A stretch of 64,000 nt of DNA, taken from contig OZ024754.1 of NCBI GenBank assembly GCA_964016885.1, forward strand, positions 34,596,001 through 34,660,000, given 5' to 3'. Position 1 is the first letter of the stretch. Every line of letters starts with the position of its first letter. This DNA is from Eledone cirrhosa. Lineage: Eukaryota. The translations under genes and the position numbers were made by a program. Of the stretch, positions 44,003 to 58,734 are shown one piece after another. The notes under the pieces were generated by a model that was not told where the DNA came from, searched no databases, and saw nothing but the letters and a program-made list of their open reading frames with translations.

Positions 44003-44040
<38 letters not shown>

Positions 44041-46364
44041 TGAGGTGGCATCTGATCAATGTTTAACTATCTTGTAGAATTTATCTATTATTAGAGGTGG
44101 ATATATTTTATAATGAGTTAGAAGCCAGTGTAAGACTCACTTGAAGTCTTTCTGTTAGTATATAAGGCAGCAGAGCAATGTTATAGCATTAATAAGATGG
44201 TGATACTACTACTAATACTGATAATAGTATTATTAATAATGACTAATTTTGGCACAAGGCCACATTTATTTATCTAAAAATCTTCCATCACAATTTTATA
44301 TAAGAATCTTATGTTCCAAACATCAGCTTAATAATAGGAAAGTTGTATGGAGAATACAAAGCATTGTGAGATATGTAATAATAGGAAAGTTGTTTACATT
44401 ATTAGATCCCTACATTTTTTTTTTTTTTTTTTCTCAAAATTATTTGAAAATTATAAGCACTGTATTTTATTAGAAATATGATGACAAAAGAGTTAAAACT
44501 ACTAATGGTTACTTTCCGATAAAAGTAGAGAAAACTACTAATGGTTACTTTCCGATAAAAGTAGAGTAAATATTACCAAACCATTTGTTGGTACAATATA
44601 AGTCTTCTAAGATGGCTTCTGAACAAGGTCAGGACAGATGTATTTTCTTGCTAATCTCTATGGCAGCATGCTCTAATGATTTTTATTAGAAGCTCTCTAC
44701 TAAAAGGCTGCTGCTACTACTACTACTTACCTCTGTAAGTGATTGAAGATATCTTTCTCTTTCATAGTGCCACTGTAAATACTTTTCCATATTCATATAC
44801 TGAATACATTCTTTGTTGCCTGTGTTGGGGCTGTTGCTCAGAACATAATACTACTCCTATATTTTCTTGACAAGTTTTAGCAAATTTATAGCAAAGATTA
44901 TTTGTGCATCAAGAGTGATCTTTGCAGAGGTCTTTCAAAATTGTTTCATAAAGTACTTGGTGTCATAAAAGATCCAATTAGTTTTTAAGACTACTTTAAA
45001 ACTTTCCAGTTTCCTTCCCTTCTCTCTCTCCCTCCTTCCCTCTTTCTTACCCCCTGTCTCTATCAGTCCTCTCTTTCCCTCCTCTACTTACCCCCCCCCC
45101 GTTTCTCTTGATATAACTTGTTTTCATTCAGAAAGCTGTCATATCTGATCTCTCATGCTGTTGTGAAAATATCTGATAACCAAGCTCCTGGCTAAACTTT
45201 GGCTGTCCTTATACAGCTGCTATTTAGTTTTAACTTAATGTATTCTTAACAAATATTTTTTTTTATTTATTTTTTTATTTTTATTAATCCAAAGTAATGT
45301 GAACATTGATAAACTGTTTCATGTAACTGTTTCTGAAAGGGAAGGGAGTCTTACATTACCCCAGTTAGTTACAAGAAGTTTTTCACTTGTGATCACTATA
45401 TATATATGTATATATCCTCAGAATTAAGATAATTTAGAGCAGTATTTGTTTAATTTTTATCTTTATTTTGAAATGATTTGCTCTACGTTCTCTCACATTG
45501 ATTCTCAGCCCAAATAGAAGTTCTTAATTAAGACTTTTAATGGAAGCTAGGTTATATAGGAGACATCTAAGAGCTGGAAGTTGACTGTTAAGCAACTGAG
45601 GTGAATCATTGTTCTGGAATGTTCTTGATTCTTCTAGAAGCCTTTATCTTGTTAACCTCAATTATTTAAGCTTTTCTAGAAAACTTAAAAAATTGATAAC
45701 CATTTTTTTCCCTTTCTCTTTATGATTTTTCTATAAATCTCAAGATGAAAAATTATCGAACCATTAAATACAAAAGGAATAAAAGTATACACCTTTTTTG
45801 TTTTGTTTTGAAGTCTTCAAATGTTAAAATATTTGAAATGAGACTTACCAATTAAATTTTTATGCTCCATATAGCTTTAGTTTTCTCTCTTTTTCATACA
45901 TTTACACACACACACATTTGAAAAGATAACTGGCATGTTGATAAGGTATTAAATTGACAGCTCATGGGTAGAGTATTCAAATTTGCTGCAGGAATTTCTT
46001 TGTATCTTAACTTTATTCTATAATACATTTCAACATTTCATGTGTGTGTGTGTGTGTGTGTGTGTGTACTCTGCTATATGGATATTTAAATGGATTACAG
46101 TAAAAGTGCAGACTTTGTTTTAAAACTCGACCGAGCAAACTGGAGCAAGCAAATTTATGTGCATTGCTTGGGGCACACCAGAATAGATGTAGTACCGTAT
46201 ATTCAGCACTTTAACTTCTCAGCTATTTAATACAAACCTGACTCAATGTTTGTTAGTTATTTCTTAATGGTGTGTAAGGAAAATCTTTCTATGACTGAAT
46301 TAATTATCCTAAAGAGTGGCATGTTTTAATACCTTTATCGAATATATATATATATATATATATT

Positions 46365-46710
46365 ATCCTCATCATTTAACATCCACTTTTCCTGTTAACA
46401 AGGGTTGGATGGGTCTACATAGACCAAGCTAGTACTGAAGCAGGGCTACTGACCTTCCAGACAGGCTGAGGGTCTGTATCCTGCTTACGTATGGTCATAT
46501 CAAGTGCAAAGAAGTTGTTGAGTCTTTTGGCACAAACTGAAGGGTGTTCCTAACCCTTTGTTTGGCAAGCTTTCTATGGCTGGGTGCCCTTCCTAACACC
46601 AACAACTTTACAGCATGTACTGGGTGCTTTTATTGTATTGATCACCAGCACCAGGGAGACTGTCATATCCTTGGCACAACTAAAAGGTCCTCCCAACCCT
46701 TTGTTTAGTA
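46365..46710 (-). mobile_element. RTE-type 3' tail/SINE relic
   Basis: tcatcatttaacatccacttttcc... and ggctgggtgcccttcctaacaccaac motifs shared with the RTE 3'UTR. Confidence 0.55.
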
Positions 46711-46939
46711 AGCTCTCTCTCAAAAATCTCATCTGGTCCATTTTCATGATCTAAGATCTAACACCAAGATCTGATCAAATATTCCACCCTACTTTGCTCA
46801 AAATCCTGTCATCTGCACTAAATGCAGTTTGATGTGTAAAGCTGGACTAAAGTGTCATTTAAAGTATAACCATAATAAATTGAACTGAGAAGACTGTTGA
46901 ACCCTCATGTCGATACACACACAGACACAGACACACACA

Positions 46940-46977
<38 letters not shown>

Positions 46978-47149
46978 CATTTTGAATATATATTTGTACT
47001 GAATGAATGTGTGTGATTATTTTGGCTAAATATTAAGGGGAGGAAAAGAAAAGGTGCAGGCTGTCAAATCAGACCAATGAAGCTATGTTTCCATTCATCT
47101 TTCTATTGGTGATACTATCTGCCAGTCACAACTGGCAGAAGGGGTAACA

Positions 47150-47252
47150 TAAAATAAAGTATTTTACTTAAGAATGCAACACATTGCTCAGTCCAGGAAT
47201 TGAACCCATGGACTTATAATTGTGAATGCAACACGCTAACCACTAGGCCACA
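47150..47252 (-). mobile_element. tRNA-SINE head
   Basis: Reverse complement gtggcctagtggttagcgtgttgcattcacaat...ggttcaattcct (A and B boxes). Confidence 0.65.
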
Positions 47253-50224
47253 TTAAGTTATTAACTAAAAAGTATAATTAGTTAACTCTATTTGATATTT
47301 GTCAGTTATCAACTTCAGAATTATATTTTATGAGTATTTAAAGATTACTTTTTATAGAAAGAAACAAATTTACTAGTAGTTGCTTGAAATTTGAACATTT
47401 TTTTATTGATCTTGTGATAGGGGGAAAATAAAATTGAATAAAATATATATTTAGCTATGCTGTTAATGTGAATGTCATAAGTTCTATTTATTAAAAGGGT
47501 TTATTGTTGTGTTTGAACCCTATTATCTATATCCTTATCACTTACAGATAAAGTGGACAAACTTGATACAATATCTTCAAGCAGCTTGATTAAAGTGGAT
47601 GTATTTCTATAAAAGTATTTGCTTTTACCATGTTTCATACTAAGGAATATTTTCTGTGGCCAGTTGAAGAAAATATCATCAGCATTGCTGTTTTATGTCT
47701 ATTTTCCATGATAGAGTGTCATGTTCTGAGGCTAGACTGTATTTTGCTCATATTCTGGCATGCTTTCTACAGCTGGATGCCCTTCTTAATGCCAACTTCT
47801 GGACAGCATGTATTAGATGTGTTTTATTGTGGCATCAGCATACCTCCTGACAGTGTGAACGGGATGCTATTTTTTATCATGACACCGAATGCTTTTTTGT
47901 GGCACCAGCATTACCACGTTACAGTCTCTAGCACTATAGAGTGGGCTGGGTGCATTTTATCATGATACCAGCACTTAATATTTCAACACTAGGGTGTTTG
48001 AATCCCCAGCTAAGCTGGGAGAGAAGTCTACGAGAGCTAACTGTTGCTTGTCAAGAAAGGAGGTGGCTTTAAGGGGAGTGAGTGATGTCTGGCAGTATTT
48101 TGTGGTACATCTGGTTTTGCATGTTGGCATAGTTGGATAAAGTGGGAATTCCGATAAATTTTGGGGAGGAATAAGTAGTGACTTGTGGGAGTTGTGGACC
48201 CAACATAGCTGAATAGTTAAAAAGTTTTCTTTGCAACCATTAGGTCCAAGGTTCGATCCTATTCCAGTGTCTAGGGCAAGTGTCATCATAACTCTTGAGT
48301 TGATTTATGCCTTGTGAGTAAAACTGGGTAAATGGAAACTGTTTGGAAGCTCGTCAGATGGTTTGTACCTGTAATTCAAAGGGACAGCCTTACACACTGC
48401 ATCATGCCGAATCTCCCTTAAGGGTATACGTGTCTGTGGAATGTTCAGTCACATGTTTATTTCAGGCTGTTTGATTTGTTCCATTGATGAACAACTGGAA
48501 CACTCAAGATCCAAACCAATGGAGGTTCATTCCATTTACAGACTAACAAAACTGACACATTTTCAAAGCCAACAAAAGCAACCCAATGTAATAACTGAAC
48601 CTGTTAGAAAACCTGTCTCAAATCACACAATATCAAGTATACATTGAAGAATGTGGTCCTAAATATGTAAAAAGGTGGGATGTTTAGGGCCGATACAAGG
48701 TGTCTTCAAAGAAACCTATTAGATATTTGGTATTAACCTATTTGATACCAAACCTGAAACTACCTCTCCATTTGGTATTTGGTAGTCACCTATTTGATAG
48801 CAAACAAGAAACTACCTCTGATTCTATATTATAAAACTGTTTATTTTAAAGTGTTTATATATTTATCTAAAAACCTTCCATGTAAGAATCAGTTATGATG
48901 TTGAATGATAAGGCAGCTTTTTGTAAAAATTATATAGTTGATTGATGTTGAGTATGGTCTATTTACTGGCAATTTAAATTTGAATGGAGATAATGGTAGT
49001 TGAAATTTGAGCACACAGACTTGAAGCGCAAAGCTATCTAATCCTCACTTTTATCATTTTACTGTCCTATTAAGCACTGAATAATGTAAACGAATACTTG
49101 AAAGTATTATTACTAGAACAGGGGACAATTATGTATCACATTGTGATTTGTGGTAAAATATATCATGGTTGAACATTCACTGAATTTTCATTTGTACAAA
49201 ACTATATTGTGGGTTGTTTATGAAGTGTGTGTGTGGGGGTGGGTGGGGGTGGCAGTGATATTTAATAATACAATCACTACATCAAATTGTAGAAACATTC
49301 GTTTTCAACAATATAAGGGCATCTAAATGTATAAAACTGCCACACCTTTTTAGGAATTAAACTCTATTTCTCTGTTTCAATGTTCTCAGTTTGTTCAGGG
49401 AGTTCTCTGAATTTGGATGCAATAGTATCTGCATACCTGGTCCTGAATTCCTTATCCACCAATGCTTCCCACTTTATCCTGTAGGTTGCCCTGGACCTGC
49501 CAGTTTTATGGGCTTCCTTGGCTTTAGTTAGTATCCTCTTTTTGTTCAAACTGGCTGTAACTGGCCACTCATACGTACATTAAGGTATTGTTCTCAAAAT
49601 AAATAACATCAAAATCTCGAAGATTCAGTATTATGTGAGATAATGCCTTTATGTGAAAATACAATAGTAAATATAGAATAATATAAATGCTAAAGAGTTA
49701 AATTATTAAAATAATCTTTCTTTGACCCCCCCCCCCCTCCCAATTTGTTGTTTGGTTATTTCTCCAACTAGACTGAAACCTACTTAGCTGTGTAATAAAC
49801 TAGAGCAAGAGGAGTTATTAAGACACAATGGGAAGGTCGCATCTCTTAACTATGGAGTTACTTTGGTCATATCAAGACAGAATCAGTTAATTCTGCTACG
49901 AAAATCATTAGTTCATTAGGCTAGTAGTTATCTCTGCAAATACAACATATCTTTTAGTTAACACATAACATTTTTTTTTAAAAATATTAGAGCTGATTAT
50001 AACCAAAACAACCCGGTATTCAGTAAATTGAGATGTGAATCTAGACAAATGTTTGGCAAATTGTTATTGTTTTTAATTGATTAAAAAAATAATTAATTTT
50101 CAACAAATGTTGATTGGATAATTGACTTGAAATGTTATCAATGATGTTATTTTTAAAATTTGGCTTTTCATTATTTTGTATTATTGAGTTAATTTATTTG
50201 TCAATGAATATTGTGACTTCTCCA

Positions 50225-50500
50225 CCTACTTACTTCTGGGAAAGTTGTGGGAGCAGAGTCCTCAAGCATGCCTTCCTGCACATACTGACAGAACCAACCG
50301 TCTCCAATTTATCTGGCTGGATACCCAAGCAGCGAGATGAGTCGAGCTCGTGGATGTTATCCAACCACCTTGCTTGAGGTCTACCTCTGGGTCTCCTGCC
50401 AGTTTTTGTCTGTAAAATCTGTCCAGCAATTCTTTCCTGAGACATTCTAACGACATGTCCGTTTTATCAGAGCTATTATTTCTCAGTTTGGAGATGTAGT
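50225..50500 (-). mobile_element. RTE ORF2 C-terminal relic; a possible linker fragment lies at about 49364-49530
   Basis: MSQERIAGQIL...GRRPRGRPQARWLDNI. Confidence 0.7.
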
Positions 50501-52807
50501 GGCTCTACCTGGATATTTAACATGATCACATGATGTCATTTCTTACTTTTCTTAAAATTTCTTGATTATAACTTTGTGTGCATTCATTGAGTTCTTAGAT
50601 GGCACTGATTATAATTGTGAAGGTGTGAAGCCTGGTGGTTAGGCCAAGGATGGAGAATCTTTTTATGCTGGAAGGCTAGATTGAAATTAACGGACATTCA
50701 GTGAGGCCTCCTTTTGAAAAGATGTCTCACTAAACTTCAGTTATTTTACATAATATAAATACATATTGGTTTTAACCATTGATGTAGCATTTCTTTGATA
50801 ACTAAATATTTTAGATATCTCTTCTTTTTGAAAGCAATGTCTCTCTTGTAGAATTGACAGGGAATATATGAAGAGAATGGTAGTTACATAGTGTTACAGA
50901 TTTGAATAGAAAGGATTGAGATGTTTATATTAAGGTATTCAGAGAGAAACTGAAGGTGGTGAAATGTGAATAAGTAAGGTCATTGTAGTTTTAAAACCCC
51001 TTTTTTCCATAGTTAAGTAGATCCAGTTGGTCAACACTTCCATAAGCATATTGTGATAGCTCTTTGTTGAGGTTGTTTGTGAAATCCAACATTCTGAGAT
51101 ACGAGTACCCACTTTCTCCTACATGTTTTATTTACCAGACATACTCTCAATTGTGTATGTGGTAAGTTGTCACTCTGCTTAAACCAGCTGGTGCTTTCAC
51201 TGTCCAATTAATCTCTCAATTCACCTGTCCTCCACTCTTTATGCTTGCTAACAGACTATACTCAAATTACCCCCCATTCAATGCCTGTGTCTCATTTCCA
51301 TACAACATTACCCCATTATAAGATAACTAAAATGAGAAGGTGCACAACTCTTGGCCATTGCAGGCCCTCCAAGATTTTTGAAATAGATGTGGTTGATACT
51401 TCCGCCACACTGTACCTCTGTGCATGCACACTGGTCTAGATGCTTACAACAGAGTGAACTCCCATTAAAGGCACTGAAAGATCAGCTGGTTGTGTTAAAC
51501 TGGATGACATGTTAAGTCTGTCAACACCACCACCACCATTGCAATTTGCTTTACAAAAGCAGAGAGAAAGTGTTGGTTGCTAAGAGAGGTAACAATTTAT
51601 CCAGTTTTTTGCTATCATTGTGGCCACCTCCAGTACTAAATAGGTCATGTAATTGAAACTTATTTTTTATTTCTCTGTGGTAGGAACATATTTTTTGTAG
51701 GGTTATTTCTAGGTGGTAGGACTACTTTTCTGCAAGGTTATTTCTGTGGTAGGATCATATTTTTTGTAGGGTTAGGATGGAGCTTAGTAAATTCAGTAAT
51801 AGAAGTAAAAGGAAAGGTAAGGCTTGTGAAGAGATATGTAATAACTATATCTAAAAAATAAATAATGATGGTTTTAATAACAATGTTAAGGATTGATGAA
51901 AAATCTCTGCAACTGATGAAAGCTTGGTATTGTAGATGAATCTCCTCAGCATTTTAGATGTATAGGAATTCCATTCATCTGGCCTCTATTACTAATCACA
52001 TCCAGTTTGAAGGTTTATTGTGCATCAATCTCAGCTTTTGTATTATATTCACATTTTGAAAATAAGTTAGAAAGCATTTTGGAACCTATCCAGTAGTTTG
52101 ATGAGCAATCCATGAACTTTGATGATGGAAAAAATCTTTCTTTTGGTATTTAACAAGAGAAAAATAAAAAATAAAACCAACACAAAAGGTTGTTATAAGC
52201 ATATAATAACCTGTTCAATATTTTAGGGTAGATTAATTGCTCCCAGTATAGGAGAGCTGGCAGGGAGATTCAGCTGCACATAAAACATACTCTGATGCAC
52301 AAAATATTGTAACACTGTTATGAGAAGGTTGCCCAATTTTGGTGTAAAATTTATAACTGAGTAAACTAGTCAGACAACATGCTTTGTGATTATAGTTACA
52401 ACCCTTTACATTCTGAAATCAAATCATGCCAAGATTTGTTTTGCCTTTCATCCTTACAAAGCTGATAAAACAGCATCAGTAATGATCTGGGGGTCAGTTT
52501 AATCGACTTTCCCCTTCACTAAAAATGGTTGGCCTTGTGCCTAAATCAAAAACTGTTATTAATCTAGAGAGGTAGGGGGGATATATTAAAATTGGAGGAT
52601 AGTAGTGGTAGTGTGAACTTTATTTGAAAATATAACATCTTAAACTTTTTGATATCAACCCATCTAAGATCATCACTGTTTCTATGATACCCCATTTTAA
52701 ACTAAAATCTTCCATTCATAACATTATGTAAAAAGATTTATAAGTTATGTTCTACATACTTAGCCTAATCACTAAATCTCTCTAAATTTTTAATTATTTT
52801 CAAAATT

Positions 52808-53343
52808 ACTGTTTATCATCATCATCATCATCATCGTTTAACGTCCATATTCCACGCTTGCATGGGTTTGGACGGGAGTTTTCCCACTTTTATATAAGCT
52901 GAGAAATATGGGGGGGGGGGAAGTGTATGGTAAAATGGGGTGTTGGCTTGTATCTGAGGTCAATATTTTGCTGATTTTCACCAACTTCAAAATTCTATAT
53001 AAATGAGGGGCTAAAATATTTTCGCTTTGGAGGTAAATATTTCACCGGTTTCACTTTCAAAGTGAAATTTATATTTCCTAGTGTTTTTGATGTTTCAATG
53101 AATATAGCCTTTGAAATAATCGGAAATTGGTAAAAAAAAAATCATTACGCAATGAAGTCGTGAAATAAAAACTATACTCTATCGAAATATTAAAACATAT
53201 ATTCTTCACTCATGAGAATTTCAAAACTGCACCATTTAAATATTGTGTTGATTACTTTCCTTGGCTTATAAACAGGGTTTGGATTTATGCTTATTTCTCT
53301 GGCATAAAATAAGGGGTCTACTTATATTCGAGTATATACAGTA
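52808..53343. mobile_element. pogo/Tc1-type MITE inserted in a TTAA-MITE, itself carrying an RTE 3' stub at about 52815-52878
   Basis: Right TIR cttatattcgagtatatacagTA. Host sequence ttttcaaaatTA|attgaaa resumes on both sides. Confidence 0.7.
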
Positions 53344-55903
53344 ATTGAAATGTGTAGGTAGTGTATTTCATTTGAAATATGGTCACAAAAGTGATATGCA
53401 CTGAAGAATTTGATATTTGATCTTACTGTTATTGTAAAGTTCATGCAAGTAGTTTTACCTTAATTTTTAATGTTGGTAAATAAAAGCTGCAGTTTCTAGT
53501 ATTGCAACTCAGATATTTTTAGATGCGTTGTAAACTGAAGCCAAATATTAACAATGGCATATGAAATAAATATAATGATGCAAGCTTGAATTAAAAGTTA
53601 ACTGAAACTGATCTTTGTGACTTTTTCAAACGAATCTCTGGAGGCTGAAAGTCTTTTCATTGCCTTTGGCATCAACTAATACTTTTGTGAGTATCTAATG
53701 TTCTGTTGCTTTGATCAATTTATGTGTCTTTTAGTTTTTGAAATCTTAAAGCTATATTGAATTATTTAGTATTCTACTACACATCATTCTGTTGCCTGAT
53801 GTCTTCTACATATTTGTTATGTAGTTGTGTGGCATACACAATCATCATCATTATCAAATGTGAATCAATAATAAATAGATGACTGAAACAGGTAATCAAA
53901 ACAAGTGATTTAGTAGAATTTTATTTATTTTTTTAATTTAATATTGCAAATCTCAGCATCTGTCTGAAATTCTAACCAGAATCTTTAGCTTGATCTCTGC
54001 CAAATAAATGTCATTTAACTCTTTTCAACATTTTTGTTAAATTTTATTCCAAATGTTATAGTGCTGAGCTAAATTTTTACATATATTTTACCCCAAAATA
54101 TGAATGCTTATTACACATATTTTAGCTAGAGCTTGAATTACCCAAATTAAAATACTGATGATAATCTGGAATAGTGTCATTAATGTTTATTTAGATACTT
54201 GTGAGTCTATACTCTCACTAATGATGGCAATAGGTATGTTATATATACTAGGATTACCAGATATATGACCAACCGTGAAGAAAGAAATTTTAGTTTTGAT
54301 AAATTCATGGTTTGAATAAGAGAAACCTGACAGTTTATTAGTTTATGTTGATTACTGACATGTGTAAATGATTAAAGATAAGAATGATATTTTAATAATT
54401 TATTTCTAGGATATAATTATGTAGATGTTCAGCATATATGTACAAATGACTTACAGGATTAAATCTAGAGTAGTTTTGGAGAAATAATTATTTACAGGGA
54501 CAATTTAGCTTTCCTTTCTCCCTGGATTAAAACTCTATATACTGCTGAAATCTTCTAGATGGACACAATGTATATCCTATTAATGTAAAACTCTAAAACA
54601 AATTAAGTAGAACACATGGAAATTGTCATTATGTTAATCTACAGAAGAGATTATAATGGAATAATTTGGAAGATTTCAAAATTTTGTGTTCTAGTTAGAA
54701 AAATGGACATTTTTCAAAAGAATAAACTTGGAATTTGCAAAGGGTTAAAAAATTGTTCAGTGATAAAAATGTTTAACTATGAAGAAAAGCATTTGCTATA
54801 TTAAAAAATATGAAATTTTAACAAAAAAGATTTTCTTGTTATAAAATGAGGGATGACAAATATCCTTCTTAATTTAAATGTTATTCATGAGAAGTTGAGG
54901 ATAATTTTCCATCTTAAGTAACATAAAAACCTATCATAATTTTGTGCAAGAACATTATCTGTAAGTTATGTTATTAAATCCCTCCAAAACATTATTTTTG
55001 AAACTTTGAAAATGAAAGGCAGCATTTTTCATTAGAAGTATGGTAACAAATAGGGTTAAAATGATAGACAGTTTCTTTCATTAGAAATATAACAAACAGG
55101 GTTAAGATACTTAATTTGTCTCCCCAATGTAATTTCCTTTTATATCTATAATTTCGAAAAAATCCTAATATTACCATCTGATTGTATCAATCCTTATCTC
55201 ACTATTCATTTCACTAATGTCTATAAATCTTATTATTATCTTCTACAACATTGTTTATCTTTGGATCTGACTTGGATTCATTGTATTTTATTAGTGACCT
55301 CATCTAACCCATACATTACTTGGATTACATGCCCTAACATATTTCCTTTATATTGTGTTCATATTTAATTTTTTTTATTTGGAAACAGTAAAACTAGTTT
55401 TTATCAATGAGTTATTTGTAATTTGAACTTATAACAACTTACTATATAACCATTCTAAGTTTTCAAGAGAGCACTTTTTATTGTTATTAACCCTTTTCAT
55501 TGTTATTAACCCTTTTCTTACCATATTTCTAATGAAAGCCACTGTCTTTGATTTTCAAATGATTTTGAAAATAATCAAGAGTTTACGAGGGTTTAGGATA
55601 ACTTTCTGATTATTAAGCTGGTAATTGGAATATAAATTAACAAAGGTCTTTAGATAAAATTAAGAAGCTCTCAGGAGAGAGCTGAACAGCAGAAGGTCTG
55701 TAGAGAAGAAACCCCCTTTCAAGCAGTGTTTCAGCCCTTGCTGAAGATGGTTGATATCCAATTATGTTTGATATTTATATTCTCCAAAAATGAATTTTTT
55801 TTTTCATATTTATGGAAGCTTGTATTGTTTGTTTTGAAGTATTGTAATGATTGCAAACATTTGGTCATTACATTTTGTCATAGGAAGGGTGATTTCTGTG
55901 GAT

Positions 55904-55940
<37 letters not shown>

Positions 55941-55976
55941 GGTGTGTGGGTGTGTGTGTGTGTGTGAATTGTAGAG

Positions 55977-56390
55977 GATGATGGGAATAGAGCCAATAAT
56001 GAATGTTGTAAAGAGAAATTGAGATGGTTGGGTCATGTGTTGAGGAAGGATGAAAGCGACTAAGAGGAATAGTCAGTGGCGAATTTTGTCAAGAGAAATG
56101 GGGGTGAGATGGTTGGGTCATGTGTTGAGGAAGGATGAAAGTGATTAAGAGGAATAGAGTCAGTGACGAATTTTGTGAAGAGAAATGGGGGTGAGATGGT
56201 TGGGTCATGTGTTGAGGAAGGATGAAAGTGACTAAGTGGAATAGTGCCAGTGGCGAGTTTTGTGAAGAGAAATGGGGGTGAGATGGTTGAGTCATGTGTT
56301 GAGGAAGGATGCAAGCGACTGAGAGGAATAGTGCCAGTGGCGAATTTTGTGAAGAGAAATGGGGGTGAGATGGTTGGGTCATGTGTTGAA
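55977..56390 (+). repeat. 85-87-bp tandem repeat (~4.7 units) derived from an RTE ORF2 segment
   Basis: Units start at 56063, 56148, 56235 and 56322. Each contains agatggttgggtcatgtgttgaggaaggatg (RWLGHVLRKD). Confidence 0.85.
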
Positions 56391-56600
56391 AGATAATGGT
56401 GTAGGAGTTAGGAAGGATGCAGTGTGACAATTTGGAATATATTAGTCTTTTTACTTTTCAGTTTATTTCTGTTTAGTCATAATTTCTGATGGTGGCTACT
56501 GCAGGGGGTGGGTAATGTGGACTCAATCAGGGTATGGTAGCTGGTGTTCAGCAGTATTTATTACTGATGGTACTTGGGGTTAATTATATTACTAAAGTTG

Positions 56601-56941
56601 GAGGCACATGGCTTAGTGGTTAGAGCATTGGCCTTGCAATCGAAAGGTTGTGAGTTCAATTCTCAGACCGGGTGATGTGTTGTTTCCTTGAGCAAGACAC
56701 TTTATTTCACATTGCTCCAGTTTACTCAGCTGTAGAAATGAGATGATAGGGACTGGGGTCCCTATCATTCCACTGCAAAGTGGTCGTAGAGGTGCCACGG
56801 CAAAAAAGCATCCAGCACTCACTGTAAACGAGGTTGGTGTTAGGAAGGGCCTCCAGCTGTAGAAATCAAGCCAGAATCAGTTCCCGTCCCACCCTTGCAA
56901 GCAAGGAAAAAGCGGACGTAAAATGAAATGATGATGAAATG
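56601..56941 (+). mobile_element. Full-length tRNA-SINE with RTE-derived 3' tail
   Basis: A box tggcttagtgg, B box gagttcaattct, RTE-like tail ending in gatgatg, TSD actaaagttg at 56591-56600 and 56942-56951. Confidence 0.9.
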
Positions 56942-57154
56942 ACTAAAGTTGTATCTATTTCTCTAAATATGTATTCCTCATGCTTGTCTGGTTTGAATGA
57001 GAAAAATACTTTTAGGATGTTGTAGTAATTCTCTCAGATGTTTTATATGTGTGTGTTTTCGGTTGTGGTGGTCTTTTCTGAAGTTACAAGGGCTGGCTAT
57101 TGTATTTAACTACTTTTCTCATATCTAAGTGGCTCTTTCGTTTGTAATATTTTT

Positions 57155-58400
57155 GTGTTGTTGTATAAGTGGTCTGTCTGTCTGTCTGTGTGTGGTACAC
57201 TGTGTTGTATAAGTGGTCTGTCTGTCTGTGTGTGTGTGTGGTACACTGTGTTGTTGTATAAGTGGTCTGCCTGTATGTGTGTGTGTGGTACACTGTGTTG
57301 TTGTATAAGTGGTCTGTCTGTATGTGTGTGTGTGTGTGTGTGGTACACTGTGTTGTATAAGTGGTCTGTCTGTCTGTGTGTGTGTGGTACACTGTGTTGT
57401 TGTATAAGTGGTCTGTCTGTATGTGTGTGTGTGGTACACTGTTGTTGTATAAGTGGTCTGTCTGTGTGTGGTACACTGTGTTGTATAAGTGGTCTGTCTG
57501 TATGTGTGTGTGTGGTACACTGTGTTGTATAAGTGGTCTGTCTGTGTGTGTGGTACACTGTGTTGTATAAGTGGTCTGTCTGTGTGTGTGTGTGTGTGGT
57601 ACACTGTGTTGTTGTATAAATGGTCTGTCTGTATGTGTGTGTGGTACACTGTGTTGTATAAGTGGTCTGTCTGTGTGTGTGTGGTACACTGTGTTGTTGT
57701 ATAAGTGGTCTGTCTGTATGTGTGTGTGTGGTACACTGTGTTGTATAAGTGGTATGTCTGTGTGTGGTACAGTGTTGTTGTATAAGTGGTCTGTCTGTAT
57801 GTGTGTGTGTGGTACACTGTGTTGTATAAGTGGTCTGTCTGTATGTGTGTGTGTGGTACACTGTGTTGTTGTATAAGTGGTCTGTCTATCTGTCTGTGTG
57901 TGGTACACTGTGTTGTATAAGTGGTCTGTCTGTATGTGTGTGTGTGGTACACTGTGTTGTATAAGTGGTCTGTCTGTATGTGTGTGTGTGGTACACTGTG
58001 TTGTATAAGTGGTCTGTCTGTATGGGTGTGTGTGGTACACTGTGTTGTTGTATAAGTGGTCTGTCTGTATGTGTGTGGTACACTGTGTTGTATAAGTGGT
58101 CTGTCTGTATGTGTGTGTGTGTGGTACACTGTGTTGTTGTATAAGTGGTCTGTCTGTATGTGTGTGTGTGGTACACTGTGTTGTTGTATAAGTGGTCTGT
58201 CTGTATGTGTGTGTGGTACACTGTGTTGTATAAGTGGTCTGTCTGTCTGTGTGTGGTACACTGTGTTGTATAAGTGGTCTGTCTGTATGTGTGTGTGTGG
58301 TACACTGTGTTGTATAAGTGGTCTGTCTGTATGTGTGTGTGTGGTACACTGTTGTATATGTGGTCTGTCTGTATGTGTGTGTGGTACACTGTTGTTGTCT
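57155..58400. repeat. Minisatellite with ~36-50-bp units: ggtacactgtgtt(gtt)gtataagtggtctgtctg plus variable (TG)n, roughly 28 copies
   Basis: Directly visible tandem array. Confidence 0.95.
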
Positions 58401-58734
58401 GTAGATGTGACCTGTGTCACATGTTATGTGTAGTATACTGCTTTGTGTTGTGAGGAGGTATGTGTCAACCACTTATTCTTTTCATTAACAATTTGCTAAA
58501 TTGTTTTTTCAATATTGGTATATTTATTTGTCATTTAACATTTAACCATTTTGTATCTATATTATTAATAAAATTATGTCGAAGATTTAAATTTAAGTAG
58601 GAACACTTTAAAATGAGAACCAGAGCCTGTTTTTGGCTGGGTTAGTTACAAAAGGATTAAAAATGAAATAACCTTTTTTAAAATGCATTCCTTGTGATCA
58701 GACACTTATATTGTATTATTTTAATCTTTTACAG

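Noticed and set aside
57084-58472. 431-462 aa H/T/Q-rich ORFs, or a CRISPR-like repeat-spacer array
   Set aside because: This is a minisatellite. The 'spacers' are only variable (TG)n, no cas genes are present and the context is eukaryotic.
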